64,000 bases of DNA from positions 21,672,674 through 21,736,673 of the forward strand of contig NC_069000.1 of the NCBI RefSeq assembly GCF_001194135.2, in the 5' to 3' direction. Under the pieces are notes generated by a model. That model was not told the origin of the DNA. It saw only the letters and a list, made by a program, of their open reading frames with translations, and did not search any database. Every line of letters starts with the position of its first letter. Positions within the stretch are counted from its first letter, which is position 1. This document shows, piece by piece, positions 1 to 11,720 of the stretch. The stretch is from Octopus bimaculoides. Lineage: Eukaryota. The position numbers and the translations under genes were made by a program.

Positions 1-114
1 GAAGAAGAAGAAGAAGAAGAAGAAGAAGAAGAAGAAGAAGAAGAAGAAGAAGAAGAAGAAGAAGAAGAAGAAGAAGAAGAAGAAGAAGAAGAAGAAGAAG
101 AAGAAGAAGAAGAA
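1..114. repeat. (GAA)38 microsatellite, open at the window edge
   Basis: Direct reading of the sequence. Confidence 0.98.
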
Positions 115-406
115 AGCATAACCCAGATCGCTTATTGAATTTTTGTTTGCTTACGATGATTTACCTTTACATATTTCTTAATTACAGTAAGACTTTATAT
201 TTAGAATTTCATCTTGCATATTTTCTAACACTTTTCAAATATAATTGTTTATTACTTTCGATGTGTCATCTAGCTACATTTTGCGGCACAGTTATGTGCC
301 ACTGCGCACCATCTGAGAATCACTGCAGTAGAATAATGTAAATGTGAACCAATAGAATCCAAATAAATTAGTGACGGCAAAATAACTTGAGTTCAAATGT
401 GGAATA

Positions 407-756
407 TAGGCATACTTCAACTTACGTCGGTAATTGGTTTCAAAACATGCGACGTAACTCGAAAAACGACGTAGCACGGAAAACCTTTTAAATCTATTAT
501 TAACTTATATCTGTTTTAATAAACGATTTGTACACATTTTCACATGCATTTAGTTTTGATTTTCAGTTTCAGTTTCTTTTGTGTTTTCTTTTTATTTTTA
601 TGATTTTAAAATGTTCGCTAAGAAAGACGTAAAGACAAATAAATCGACTGAAGTTGACGTTATTTTTACCATTAATTTCATTAAAAAAACAACAACAAAA
701 AACACGTTAAGTCGAAAAAGACGTAACTCGAAACAAAGTAAATTGAGATGTGACTG
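407..756. mobile_element. Tigger/pogo-like MITE, decayed
   Basis: TA-flanked. Left end TAGGCATACTTCAACTTACG and reverse complement of right end CAGTCACATCTCAATTTAC form an imperfect TIR. No ORF. Confidence 0.45.
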
Positions 757-1064
757 TAATGAATGGGTTTGCCGTAAGTCAGAGGGAAGATCTAACACCT
801 TGAGCAGCAGTACTCAATATCCTTACACTCTCCAGTACGAGTTTCGTAACATCTCATTGTTTAACTTACTTAAAACTGTGAATTATTGACTGCAGTTTCT
901 CTCCATTATCACTGGTTTTCATTGTTCAACATCCTCTGGAAAGGATACGTCCTGAGGTTTCAGTCGCTGGCTACACAGACATTTTACAGAAGATGCAGTA
1001 GGACAGCATAACTATATCCTAACTTATTCTTTTAACCAAGGTATTGAATGGTAGCCTTGACAGC

Positions 1065-2113
1065 TATGCATGGAACTAAACTCGGCGTTACTGGCAAACG
1101 TATCAAAGTAGAGTAATGCCGACTCCATGCAGTAACAGAAGAATTCAAGACAGGTTGCCCCTGGGAGCTCCTCTGTGCTGATGACCTTGCTCTAACAGAA
1201 GAAGCATCAGGTGTGGTGTGCAAGAGAGACGACTGCACTGGTATGGTCATGTGATGCGTATGGATGAGGACAGCTGCGTGAAGTGTCATATCCTAACAAT
1301 GGAGGGAACCTGTGGAAGAGGTAGACCCAGGAAAACATGAGATGAGGTGGTGAAGCACGACCTTCGAACGTTGATCCTCACATAGGCAATGACAAGCGAC
1401 CGAGACCTTTGGAGATATGCCTTGCTCGAGAAGACTCGGCAAGTGAAGTGAGATCGTAGTCATGGTCGATGCCATTCGAGCGTGACAAATGCCAAAGACC
1501 TATTCCATCTCAATCACAGATTAAAAAAAAAAAAAAATTTTAACTAAACAATTTGAAACTTCGAATACTGGTAGAATTTCTTACGTAGAACATGTAGAGA
1601 TGACCCGAAAGTTGTTCCTCTTCGATTACTATCGCAAACAGCAGTAGCTTTCTTCAACTGAACACACGTCGTTGATTGGTCGAAATTACCCAAATACGAC
1701 AACTTTAACACGAAATAACTTCTAAAATAGAACATTTTGTCAAAAACGTTCAGAGTAAACCATGTTCTACGTGAGAAATTCTACCAGTATTCGAAGTTTC
1801 AAACTGTTTAGTTAAAAAATTAATTAAAAAATCTGTGATTGAGGTGGACTAGATGAGCCAGTGCTGCCTGACTGGCACTCGTGCCGGTGGCACGTAAAAA
1901 GCACCATTTGAATATGGCTGATGTCAGTGCCGCCTGACTGGCTCCCGTGCCGGTGACACATAAAAGCACTCAGTACACTTTCGGAGGGGTTGGCGTTAGG
2001 AAGGGCATCCAGCAGTAGAAACCTTAGCAAATCAGATTGGAGCCTGGTGCTTGCCAGTCCTCAGTTAAACTGTCCAACCCATGCCAACATGGAAAGCGGA
2101 CGTTAAACGACGA

Positions 2114-2115
<2 letters not shown>
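1065..2115 (+). mobile_element. RTE-clade LINE remnant (RT fragment, 3' ORF end and 3' UTR), internally deleted and interrupted by a MITE
   Basis: Decayed motifs ...ELLCADDLAL (YADD-like), LHWYGHV.RMDEDSC and RGRPRKT. The 3' UTR ends ...gcggacgttaaacgacgatgat, the same tail as at 13980 and 53800. Confidence 0.8.
1501..1851. mobile_element. Fold-back MITE with ~90-bp terminal inverted repeats
   Basis: 1538-1594 versus 1761-1817 are inverted repeats (57 bp, 2 mismatches). Outer arms CTCAATCACAGATT / AATCTGTGATTGAG extend them, and both ends start with TA. Confidence 0.85.
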
Positions 2116-2156
<41 letters not shown>

Positions 2157-2184
2157 AACACACATACACGTATGTGTGTGTATT

Positions 2185-2490
2185 CTTTAATTCATTTACT
2201 TGTTTCAGCCATTTGACTGAGGCCATGCTGGAGCAACGCCTTTAGTCGAACAAATCGCCCCCAGAACTTATTCTATCAGTATCTTTTTACCGAACCGCTA
2301 AGTTGTGGGGACGTAAACACACAAACATCGGCTGTCAAGCGATGGTGGGGAACAATCACAAACACACGCAAATAAATATAAACCTATGGTCGGCGCGAGG
2401 CTATAGTAGAAGACACCCAGGTTGCCACGCGGTGGGAATGAACTTAAAACCATGTGATTGGGAAGTAAGCTTCTTACCACACAGCGCCTA
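2185..2490 (-). mobile_element. tRNA-derived CORE-type SINE (Octopus OK/OR-like, family A)
   Basis: Reverse complement of head gctgtgtggtaagaagcttacttccc... and tail ...gcatggcc(g)cagtcaaatgactgaaacaagtaaa. The family recurs more than 20 times in the window. Confidence 0.85.
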
Positions 2491-2539
2491 TATATAGACC
2501 TCTGTGTGTGCATACATACACACACACACACACGTCATA

Positions 2540-3370
2540 ACTATACTTGTACACTCTTCTGAAACTTGGATTACATATTGTCATCACATCAAGTCTTTCG
2601 AAAAATCCCATCAAAATTTGCCTTAACCCATATACACCCACCCACCCTGGTTGCGTTTTTGCAACGCAAAACCTGCTCCTGCTTGTTTGGACATGAACTC
2701 GCCCGGAAGCATCTGACTGAGCATACGAAATGTTCAGTTGGTAGTCGACACCCGTAGCTAACCGTTGCATATTGTCATTCTCTTCAAGATTGTAAAAGCT
2801 TACCATGACGTTTAATTTAAATACAGTGAAATTTTAAGACTTCATTTTCTTATAGGCATATATGGGTTAAGAGGATCTTAAACATCAAACAGTAGTCTGT
2901 AATACCAGACACCTTTCTTCTTCCGAAAACCAGCACGTTCAGTATTGAAACGCTCCTCATAGGCAGGTAGATGTGTTGGACTGGACGGACACCTTACTAG
3001 GATGCAAGCTGACAAAATGCCTAAGCAGTTGTTTTGCGGGGAGTTGAAACGTGTCCGAGATATAAACCAAAGAAACATTTTAGGGATACCGTCAAAAACA
3101 ATCTTGAGGCTGTTATTGTGAATGTTGAAAACCGGAAGCAGTTGACGGAAGATCGATAGGTTTGGAGAGAAGTGATCAACAGTCGTTGCAAAGCATTTGA
3201 TACACGCAGAATCGAACAAGCCGTCTTAAAACGAGTACTTCATAAACGGGACTTAACTTCAAGCCTAGATAATATTTTACCTGAAAATGTTTTTAACACC
3301 TGCAGTAGGGTCTACTTGTCCAAAGTCAGTCTTACTAGTCATATGAGATTTCATAACAAAATTTACTAAT
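2540..3370 (+). mobile_element. RTE-clade LINE 3' fragment (family 2) with a C-terminal C2H2-like finger, interrupted by a piggyBac-like MITE
   Basis: Decayed frames read SSETWITYCHHIKSFEKSHQ..CLKRILNIK, ...TRMQADKMPKQLFCGELK and ...TCSRVYLSKVSLTSHMRFH*. Confidence 0.82.
2627..2866. mobile_element. piggyBac-like MITE (240 bp)
   Basis: TTAA at 2623-2626 and 2867-2870. Termini are CCCATATA...TATATGGG. Removing it rejoins the RTE coding motif. Confidence 0.8.
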
Positions 3371-3399
3371 TGTAGAGATGGCCTTCTGTAAAGAAGTGG

Positions 3400-3460
<61 letters not shown>

Positions 3461-3729
3461 CAGACAGACAGGCAGGCAGATAGATAGATGTACGCGCACC
3501 CACACATGCATGTATTGCATATGGTTAATAATTGTTTCTATCATAAGTACAAAGCCTGAAATCTGGAGAGAGTTAGTCGATTCAATCACTTGGAATTTGA
3601 CAATTGTTACGCAGAGAATCTTAAATGGCTTACTCTTTTGAGAGTCAGTAACAGTAGATCTGATGTAGCCACTGAGTAATGTAGTAGGCAGTTTACAAGT
3701 TTAAAATAATTAAGTAACACTGATCATCA

Positions 3730-4085
3730 CGAAATACATCATGGTTTCGGGTTCAGTCCCACTGCATTTCACTTTGGGCAAGTGTTTTCTACTATAGCCC
3801 AGGGCCGACCAAAGCCTTGTGAGTGGATTTGGTAAACGGAAACTGAAAACCCGTCATGTGCGTGTGTGTGTTCTTTGTGCTTGTTCCCACCACCACCGCT
3901 TGACAACTGGTGTTGGTGTGTTTATATACTCACAACGAAGCGGTTCGGCAAAAAAAAAAAGACCAATAAAATAAGTACCAAGCTTCATAAGAAAGTACTG
4001 GGGTCGTTTTCTTCGACTGAACCCTTAAAGACGGTGCTCCAACATGACTGCAGTCCAATGACTGAAATAAGTAAAAGGTAAAAGA
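3730..4085 (+). mobile_element. CORE-type SINE family A
   Basis: gggttcagtcccactg...ttgggcaagtgttttctactatagccc...ccgaccaaagccttgtgagtggatttgg plus the family tail. Confidence 0.85.
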
Positions 4086-4477
4086 TAGCCTAAGTTATAT
4101 TTTCTTTAGAGTAGGTACAAGACTTAATAGATTTCCGAAGTTAATTCACTGAGATCCAATCTATCCATTACACCAACAGTTCAAACTTCAGTACGTTTGC
4201 TTTACTAATTTCCAAAGACATTGGCAACAGAGAGAAACGAGAAAGGTTTTAAAACATAAAGTTATAAGCAGGCAACAATAACATTTTGAGATCGTATAAG
4301 TTGAAGATGCAACATATCTGCAAGGTTAAAAGCCAATGGAATAAAAGTGGTTTATTTCGTACAAATATTTCTTTAATAGAATGTTTTTCTTAATTTACGA
4401 TCCAATAATGATTTCTATCAAAAGAATCATTTTCAATCAATTTTATTTGTACTTTTCTCTTAAGGCAATTTTTTTTC

Positions 4478-4935
4478 AGGCGTATGGCACCTTGGGCAAG
4501 TGTTTTTTTGTTTGTTTGTTTTTTCTCCTAGCTGACAGCCTCGGGCCGACCAAAGGCTTATGAGTGGATTTGGTAGACAAAAATTGAAAGAAACCCGTGA
4601 AACCCGCGCATATATGTTTGTGTTTGTCCCCTACCACCACTTGACAATCGGTATTGTTTGTTTACGTCCACTTAAACTAGCAGTTCGGCATTAGAGATTG
4701 ATAGAATAAGTACCGAGCTTTTAAAAAATAAGCACTGGGTCGATTCGTTCGATTAAAAACCTTTCAAGGCGATTATCCTAATTACAAATATAACCCTTTT
4801 GCTTGTAGATGTGTGGCTGAGAAGCTTACCTCCTAACTTTGTGGTCACGGGTTCAGTTCCACTATGTATCACCTTGAGCAAGTGTTTTCTATATAGCCCC
4901 AGGCCGACCATAGACGACGGAAACTGAAAAAAGCC
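4478..4935 (+). mobile_element. Two CORE-type SINE family A fragments
   Basis: Same CORE block at ~4480-4770 and ~4805-4935. Confidence 0.7.
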
Positions 4936-5089
4936 AATCGTGAAGAAAGAAGCCTTTTACATATAAACAACGAGTGTCGGTCCTCAGTTTCGTGCGTGCG
5001 TGCGTGTGTATAACATTATAAATACGCTGTCTCGGTTTTATAGAGAAATTACACCGATTGTATCAATTCTTCGATATTGTCTAGGCACT

Positions 5090-5304
5090 TACACTATGAT
5101 GGAGGAAAGGAAATACATGTTATCTGGCAATTCATGTCCGAAATACTTAATCAGGACTTGTAGAATTTCTACCAGACCAAGCTCCGATAACATGACTTTC
5201 AGTGTACTATCAACACTTAGTTTAAGATCATAAAAAAATCTAATCACATCATGCTCCAATAGAATGCAGTTATCAACTTCCCGTAATTTCCATAATTCCA
5301 TCAC
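5090..5304 (-). CDS. Candidate first coding exon of an unidentified gene (MMELWKLREVDNCILLEHDVIRFFYDLKLSVDSTLKVMLSELGLVEILQVLIKYFGHELPDNMYFLSSII..)
   Basis: 70 open codons in non-repeat sequence while the other two frames on this strand contain stops. The frame runs into a consensus donor (catagt|gtaagt). No homolog recognised. Confidence 0.28.
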
Positions 5305-7634
5305 TTGTGCTTATTTATTTCGTTGAAGTATCGTTATGACTCAAAGACGAACCAACAATGACCGTCCCGACTTTTCTATACTTAGTACAACATTGTCCAT
5401 TGTGTTCATCGTTCTTTCCTTTTTTATGGTGCTCACTTTAGCATGCGGTTTACCGCAGTATCCGTAGTCTACGCTGTAATATGACAGCTGAGGTGATGAT
5501 GAGCCAACAGGAGATTCTACACGGTTGCTTGAACATGCCAGAAATAGCAGCCAAATTTCCCTCAGACATCATTCGTCTTTTTGTTTAAAAAAAAGAAAGA
5601 CACATTTAGATAAAATCATCCGGAAGGGAGGGTAACTTGAAAAGAAAAAAAGACAAAGACAGGATGGTCATGGCTGGAATACTTTTAGTCATAAATCTGC
5701 AATCAGAGAACGCTGACTTGGGACCACTAACAAGACAACATAGCAATAAACCTTCAGTCCAATATAATTTTCTTCTTTACCTACAACAAATCTTGATGAT
5801 GTGTGTGCAAAGCATGGATGCACACTCGTGACTATTTTAGCTCCGTCTCAGTTCGGATCGAGTAAACCTATGCTGTTACTCTTTTACTAGTTTCAACTGT
5901 TGGACCGCGGCCAAGTTAGAAAAACGCAATCAAGGGTTTATAATTCATCATATTGACCGCAATGCATATTTCAGTCTGGAATTTTATCGATCACTATTTG
6001 ACTTGCCGAATTGCTAATTTGGGGAGAATACAGGAAGAAAACATAAACAATACCGGTTTCTAGACGAGTATAAACTCACAGGCACACATATAGAGAGATG
6101 TGAGCTCGAGTCCCACAGGCAGCCTTCTATTTTTTCTATGCAAAAGGGTTTTTCAACCCAATATTTACATGTTATTTATAGCTTCATTATCTACTTCAAG
6201 ATTCACTATTCCAAAAAAACAAAAAAAAGAATTATTTCACGTTCTCCTGTTTCTAAATTCTTATGACGTCTATATAGGTATACCAAAGAACCAAAGACCC
6301 TTCCTGAACCATATGCTCATAAGGTTTCCCGGGTTCTGTGGCACATATATACATTTATATACATATATCATTTAATGGCTTAACGAATACAGAAGTTTTG
6401 CGTGAGCTACTTCAGGTTTCATGTTCGGATAGTGCGATAATCGTACAGGCTTGTATAACATACCATACACAATGCAGCAATCGTTCAGGCTGAAGGTTTG
6501 CCGGACACGGATACACACACACACACACACACAGCTAGTTATCCAATACCTGAACCTCTCGGACCATCTCAATTCAACTTTTTAATGTCCCGAACACAAG
6601 CTTTCTCTTGGTTATATTGCAAAATGCTACCATTCCAACAAAGGAAATGAAACAATAAGACGGCGGAACATTTTGGTAGTAATGTTAGAAATAGAGTCTA
6701 CTGAAGGATAGTCCTGAATGTCTGGAAAACAAGAAAGACTAGCGAAGGCCGCGATGCCTTTCTACGCTCGATCAGAGTTAAACTGTTGTTTACAACAATA
6801 TGTTTGTAATATGGAGGAAAGGAAAAGGCATCTTAAATGCCCGGCAAGCTGCTCCCCACCTCTCTCTCCTAACTGACTGACAAGAACGATCGTATATGAG
6901 GCGTATAGATATATCAATGAAAGTGGGATGTAACATGAAAGGCCTTGCATAACCAGATGTCAAAGAACCTACAAACATGCCGTCAATATATCAACTAGCA
7001 CCAACCACTGTCTGGCTCAATCAGGGTTGATTTGGAACTTAATAAATGAACATAAGCCAACTGGAGAGTCTCCGTACGACGGTCGGACGATTTGCAAGAA
7101 TTAGCAGACTCTTATCTCTCTCCAAGTGACCAAGTAGTTAGAGTGATGGATAGTTAATCCACTGGGATTCATCCATGTGAGTCCGAATTTCGACAGATTG
7201 CTGACTTTTTAGGCGCAGGCGTGGATGTGAGGGAAAAAGTTTTCTCCCCAACCACATGGTTACGAATTCAATCTGTGTGACACCTAGATAATGTAGTCTT
7301 AGATAATCCTAGCAAAACGGAATGGTTTACTAAGAACTACAACTAACCTTGACGTTCGAGAGGAAAAGGAAGAAGTCAAGTAACGTCCGCTAACTGCATT
7401 CAATAGTCGGGCAAAACTAATTTCGTAACAAAAACTTAAAACTGACACTATAAAGCTTGTGTGCAGCGAGACTCTTCGTGCTCTGTCGACCTCCCAGAAT
7501 TAACAGGCAAATCTTCCCCCAAATCACTCTTTATAATACGGGTATATTAGTTAAAGATGTCTGAAAAAAAATAAAATAAAAGACGGTACGATCACAATTG
7601 GAACGCGTCCGATCAAAGATGTATTCGATGAGGG

Positions 7635-7898
7635 ATGACTCGCACGGAAGTACTACTACTCGTTGTGATACTGGGTCACGTTCTTTTATGTTCCAAGTCA
7701 TTCTATCAACCTGTGATGGTTGAAAAGCAAAATAGCAGACAAAGCACTGCTAGCGATATATATCCCGAACAACATGACCCAAACATAACCGAAGAGCAAA
7801 AGCTGAAACCAGTGAATAAATATCCACTGAGCAATAGTCGAAGAAAACCTCATGTCATTTATTTCATATACTTTATTTATTACTTTTATCCAGAACCA
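7635..7898 (+). CDS. Candidate exon for a secreted peptide or protein (signal-peptide-like N-terminus)
   Basis: MTRTEVLLLVVILGHVLLCSKS... 88 codons ending at cca|gtgagt. No homolog recognised. Confidence 0.22.
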
Positions 7899-8039
7899 GT
7901 GAGTGGACAGAATTAGACTAGTTTAACGTCACTGCAGAAAGAACACCGGTGGAGAAAAAATTCTGATCAAAAACGGCAATAGATTGACAGAATAGTTAGA
8001 ACCACGGGGGAGAAAAAATTCATTGAGATATGTTATTAC

Positions 8040-8150
8040 AGTCTTTTACGTTTTGAGTTCAAATCCGGCCGAGATCAATTTTGCCTTTTATCCTTTCAAG
8101 ACTCATAAATTAAATAAATTAAAGAACTGTCCAAGAACTGGAAATCGATT
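8040..8150 (+). mobile_element. Nin/Deu-domain-like tRNA SINE fragment (family B)
   Basis: ttacgttttgagttcaaatccggccgagatcaattttgccttttatcctttc matches the copy at 18215-18430. Confidence 0.6.
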
Positions 8151-8894
8151 TATATTTCAATAATACATTCTAGACGTGAATGAAATGATATAAAAGTGAA
8201 AGTCGGAAGTCAAATCAGCCTAGCTCACACACATACATATGCACACAAAGGCGATCCAAATTGTGAGCAGAAAACTTACATCGAAAATGTAAAAATTAAA
8301 GCCTGTCTACTTTTGATTGCGGGAAAAAATGATGAAAAACTACCGGTTACTATTTGTGAGAGAAAGACAGACAGCTGCCACGATTAATCGGTTTAAAAAA
8401 CAATGTTGATGCGTTTATGTCACTTACATACAGACATTAATGTTAAACGGGGGTGGGGGAGAATCAATACGAAATTATACGTCTTTGATTCATAGCAGAG
8501 CGGTAGCAGGAGATAGTGACATTCATGCCTTGCCTTTCTCAAGAGTATTAAAGAAATGAAATATATTTCACTAGAAGCGAAGATCGAAGGCAGATGACGG
8601 AGTCAACGGTTCGTCAAGGATTTGTCATCACACATTTAGACCCGCGAAACATATCTCTCTCTCTGACACACACACACACATATACACACCTACGTCTTTA
8701 AGGACAAGCACTAACACAAACTTAATGTCCAAAGAATTCTACTGACAAGAGGGTTAGGTAATTTCCAACACATCAATTAATTACAATATATATATATTAG
8801 TCAACTCAAATAAACAATTAAAATGAAAAAAAAATAATTTAAAAAAGAAACAGAGAAAAAGAAAAGAAAAACGAACGTTAGGACGTGCACAAGT

Positions 8895-9090
8895 AATATA
8901 TTAATTGGACGCTCGGTGAAGGGAGAGAGTTGGTGTTAACGTTTCGAGCATAGCTCTCCGTTGGAAACAGGAAAGTCCATAGAGAAATAAGGAAAAATAA
9001 GGGGAAAGGAAGGAGAGTGGAAGGAGGACTGAAGTAAAGGCGAATGAAAAGAAGTGAAGAAGTAGGGTCACGGACAAATTATAATGATTC
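8895..9090 (-). mobile_element. Penelope-like element terminal-repeat remnant with a decayed minimal hammerhead motif
   Basis: Shares gacgctcgg...acgtttcgagc(a/t)nngctct and a purine-rich tail with 36303-36500. Confidence 0.5.
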
Positions 9091-9672
9091 ACATTCCTTT
9101 CGATTGTTTTGGAGCACCTAATTCTTAGATTTCTCTCTCCAATTCGATTACGTTACCATTTTTCATTCACTCGGAGTACGCTATTTCTGCACCTTTGATT
9201 TTATATATATNNNNNNNNNNNNNNNNNNNNNNNNNNNNNNNNNNNNNNNNNNNNNNNNNNNNNNNNNNNNNNNNNNNNNNNNNNNNNNNNNNNNNNNNNN
9301 NNNNNNNNNNNNNNNNNNNNNNNNNNNNNNNNNNNNNNNNNNNNNNNNNNNNNNNNNNNNNNNNNNNNNNNNNNNNNNNNNNNNNNNNNNNNNNNNNNNN
9401 NNNNNNNNNNNNNNNNNNNNNNNNNNNNNNNNNNNNNNNNNNNNNNNNNNNNNNNNNNNNNNNNNNNNNNNNNNNNNNNNNNNNNNNNNNNNNNNNNNNN
9501 NNNNNNNNNNNNNNNNNNNNNNNNNNNNNNNNNNNNNNNNNNNNNNNNNNNNNNNNNNNNNNNNNNNNNNNNNNNNNNNNNNNNNNNNNNNNNNNNNNNN
9601 NNNNNNNNNNNNNNNNNNNNNNNNNNNNNNNNNNNNNNNNNNNNNNNNNNNNNNNNNNNNNNNNNNNNNNNN

Positions 9673-10327
9673 CATAATGACCACTTCGAGAACCCAGTTT
9701 CCACAAAAACTGTTCGCCGGGAGCTGCACAAAGCCGGATTTCAAGGGAGGGCTGCAATCAGAAAACCACTACTTTCAAAATCAAACGTTGCATAGCGTTT
9801 GGAGTGGAGTAAGAACCTACAGAATTGGTCCCTAGAGCAGTGGAAGAATGTTATTTTCTCGGACGACTCATCCTTTACCTTATTTCCGACCACCGGCCGA
9901 GTATACGTGTGGAGACAGCCAAAAGAAGCATTTGACCCAGACTGCCTTCTTCCAACTGTTAAACATAGAGGAGGATCTATGAAGATCTGTGGGGCTATAT
10001 CTTGGAAATCCGCCGGCCCAATGGTTTCCTTTCGTGGCAGAATTAATAGTCAAGACTACTTAAGCATTTTATCTGATCAAATTCATACTATGGTTGCGGA
10101 ACTATTTCCGGAGGGAAACGCAATCTTTCAAAATGATAATGCACCAATTTACACAGCTAAAGTTGTTACTGAATGGCATGAGGAACATCTTATCTGGCCA
10201 CCACAGTCCCCAGATCGCAATATTATTGAACATTTACGGTGCGATTTAGGAAAACAAGTACGGAGTCCATATCCTCTACCATCGTCACTACAAGAACTGG
10301 AGACTGTTTTAGCTGAAGAATGGACAA
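9673..10327 (+). mobile_element. Tc1-family transposase fragment (DDE domain), truncated by gaps
   Basis: WKNVIFSDDSSFTLF, VKHRGGSMKICGAISW, IFQNDNAPIYTA and WPPQSPDRNIIEHL are Tc1 catalytic-domain motifs with substitutions. Confidence 0.92.
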
Positions 10328-10479
10328 NNNNNNNNNNNNNNNNNNNNNNNNNNNNNNNNNNNNNNNNNNNNNNNNNNNNNNNNNNNNNNNNNNNNNNNNN
10401 NNNNNNNNNNNNNNNNNNNNNNNNNNNTATATATTTGTATATATATATATATATTTGTATATATATATATATATGTAGG

Positions 10480-11720
10480 TGACCAAGTTAGTAGTGGGGT
10501 AGGGTGCACTGAAAGTGTAGCTGCTAGAATAAGAATTACCTGCGCAAAGTTCAGAGAGCTCTTACCTCTGCTGGCGACAAAGGGACTCTCACTCAGAGTA
10601 AAAGGCAGACGCATGTGTACGAACAGCCATGCTTCATGGCAGTGAAACATGGGCCGTGACTGCTGAGGACATGCCTAGGCTTACAAGGAATGAAGCCAGT
10701 ATGCTCCGATGGATGTGTAATGTCAGNNNNNNNNNNAAGGCAGACGCATGTGTACGAACAGCCATGCTTCATGGCAGTGAAACATGGGCCGTGACTGCTG
10801 AGGACATGCCTAGGCTTACAAGGAATGAAGCCAGTATGCTCCGATGGATGTGTAATGTCAGCGTGCATACTAGACAGAGTGTAAGTACCTTGAGAGAAAA
10901 GTTGAACCTAAGAAGCATCAGTCGTATTGTGCAAGAGAGACGACTGCGCTGGTATGGTCATGTAGCGAGAATGGATGAGGATAGCTGTGTGAAAAAGTGC
11001 CTCACCCTAGCAGTTGAGGGAACCTGTGGAAGGGGTAGACCAAGGAAGACCTGGATGAGGTGGTGAAGCACAACCTTCGAACATTAGGCCTCACCGAGGC
11101 AATAACTTCTGACCGAGACCTTTGGAGATGTGCTGTGCGTGAGAGGACCTGGCAAGCCAAGTGTGACCTAAATCCAAGGCCTCTGTCAGGGGTGTAGCCA
11201 GCCCACTTATGCGTACTTTTCCTTCATTGGACACTAAACTCCGGTTGCAAAGACCTGTTGAGGCAAGTGAAATCGAAATCGAACTAAATTCGACGACTGG
11301 CACCCATGCCTACGTCTCCTTCATTGGACACTAAACTCGGCTTGCGACGACCTGTTGGGGCAGTGAATTTGAAATTGTGTTGGCACCTGTACCATTAGAG
11401 CGCTAAGAGCACCGTCCAAGCATGATCATTGGCAGAGCAGCTATCTGGCTTCTGTGCTAGTGGTACGTAAACAGCTTGGCCTTCCTGGCACATAAAAGGA
11501 CATTCGAGTGAGGTCGTTGCCAGTACCGCTGGACTGGCTCCTGTGCAGGTGGCACAAAAAATAAACCATTTTGAGTGTGGCTGTTGCCAGTACCGCCTGA
11601 CAGGCCTTCGTGCCGGTGACACGTAAAAGCAGTCACTACACTCTCGGAGTAGTTGGCGTTAGGAAGGGCATCCAGCTGTAGGAACTCTGCCAAATCAGAT
11701 TGGAGCCTGGTGTAGTCGAG
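10480..11720 (+). mobile_element. RTE-clade LINE 3' end plus 3' UTR
   Basis: LHGSETWAVTAED..RNEASMLRWMCNV...RRLRWYGHVARMDEDSCVKK...RGRPRKTW, followed by the family 3' UTR. Confidence 0.92.

Noticed and set aside
5670-5720. ATGGCTGGAATACTT reading MAGIL, the RPB8 N-terminus
   Set aside because: It continues LVINLQSEN rather than FEDIFDVKD, has no donor at the right place, and lies in a dispersed repeat (related text at ~37810-38030 and ~41330-41430).
9167-9757. Long ORFs spanning N runs (also 13669, 35920, 47048, 53863, 62515)
   Set aside because: They are open only because N codons have no stops.
10593-10868. Apparent tandem duplication in the RTE around a 10-N gap
   Set aside because: Identical sequence on both sides of a nominal 10-N gap is typical of unmerged contig overlap.
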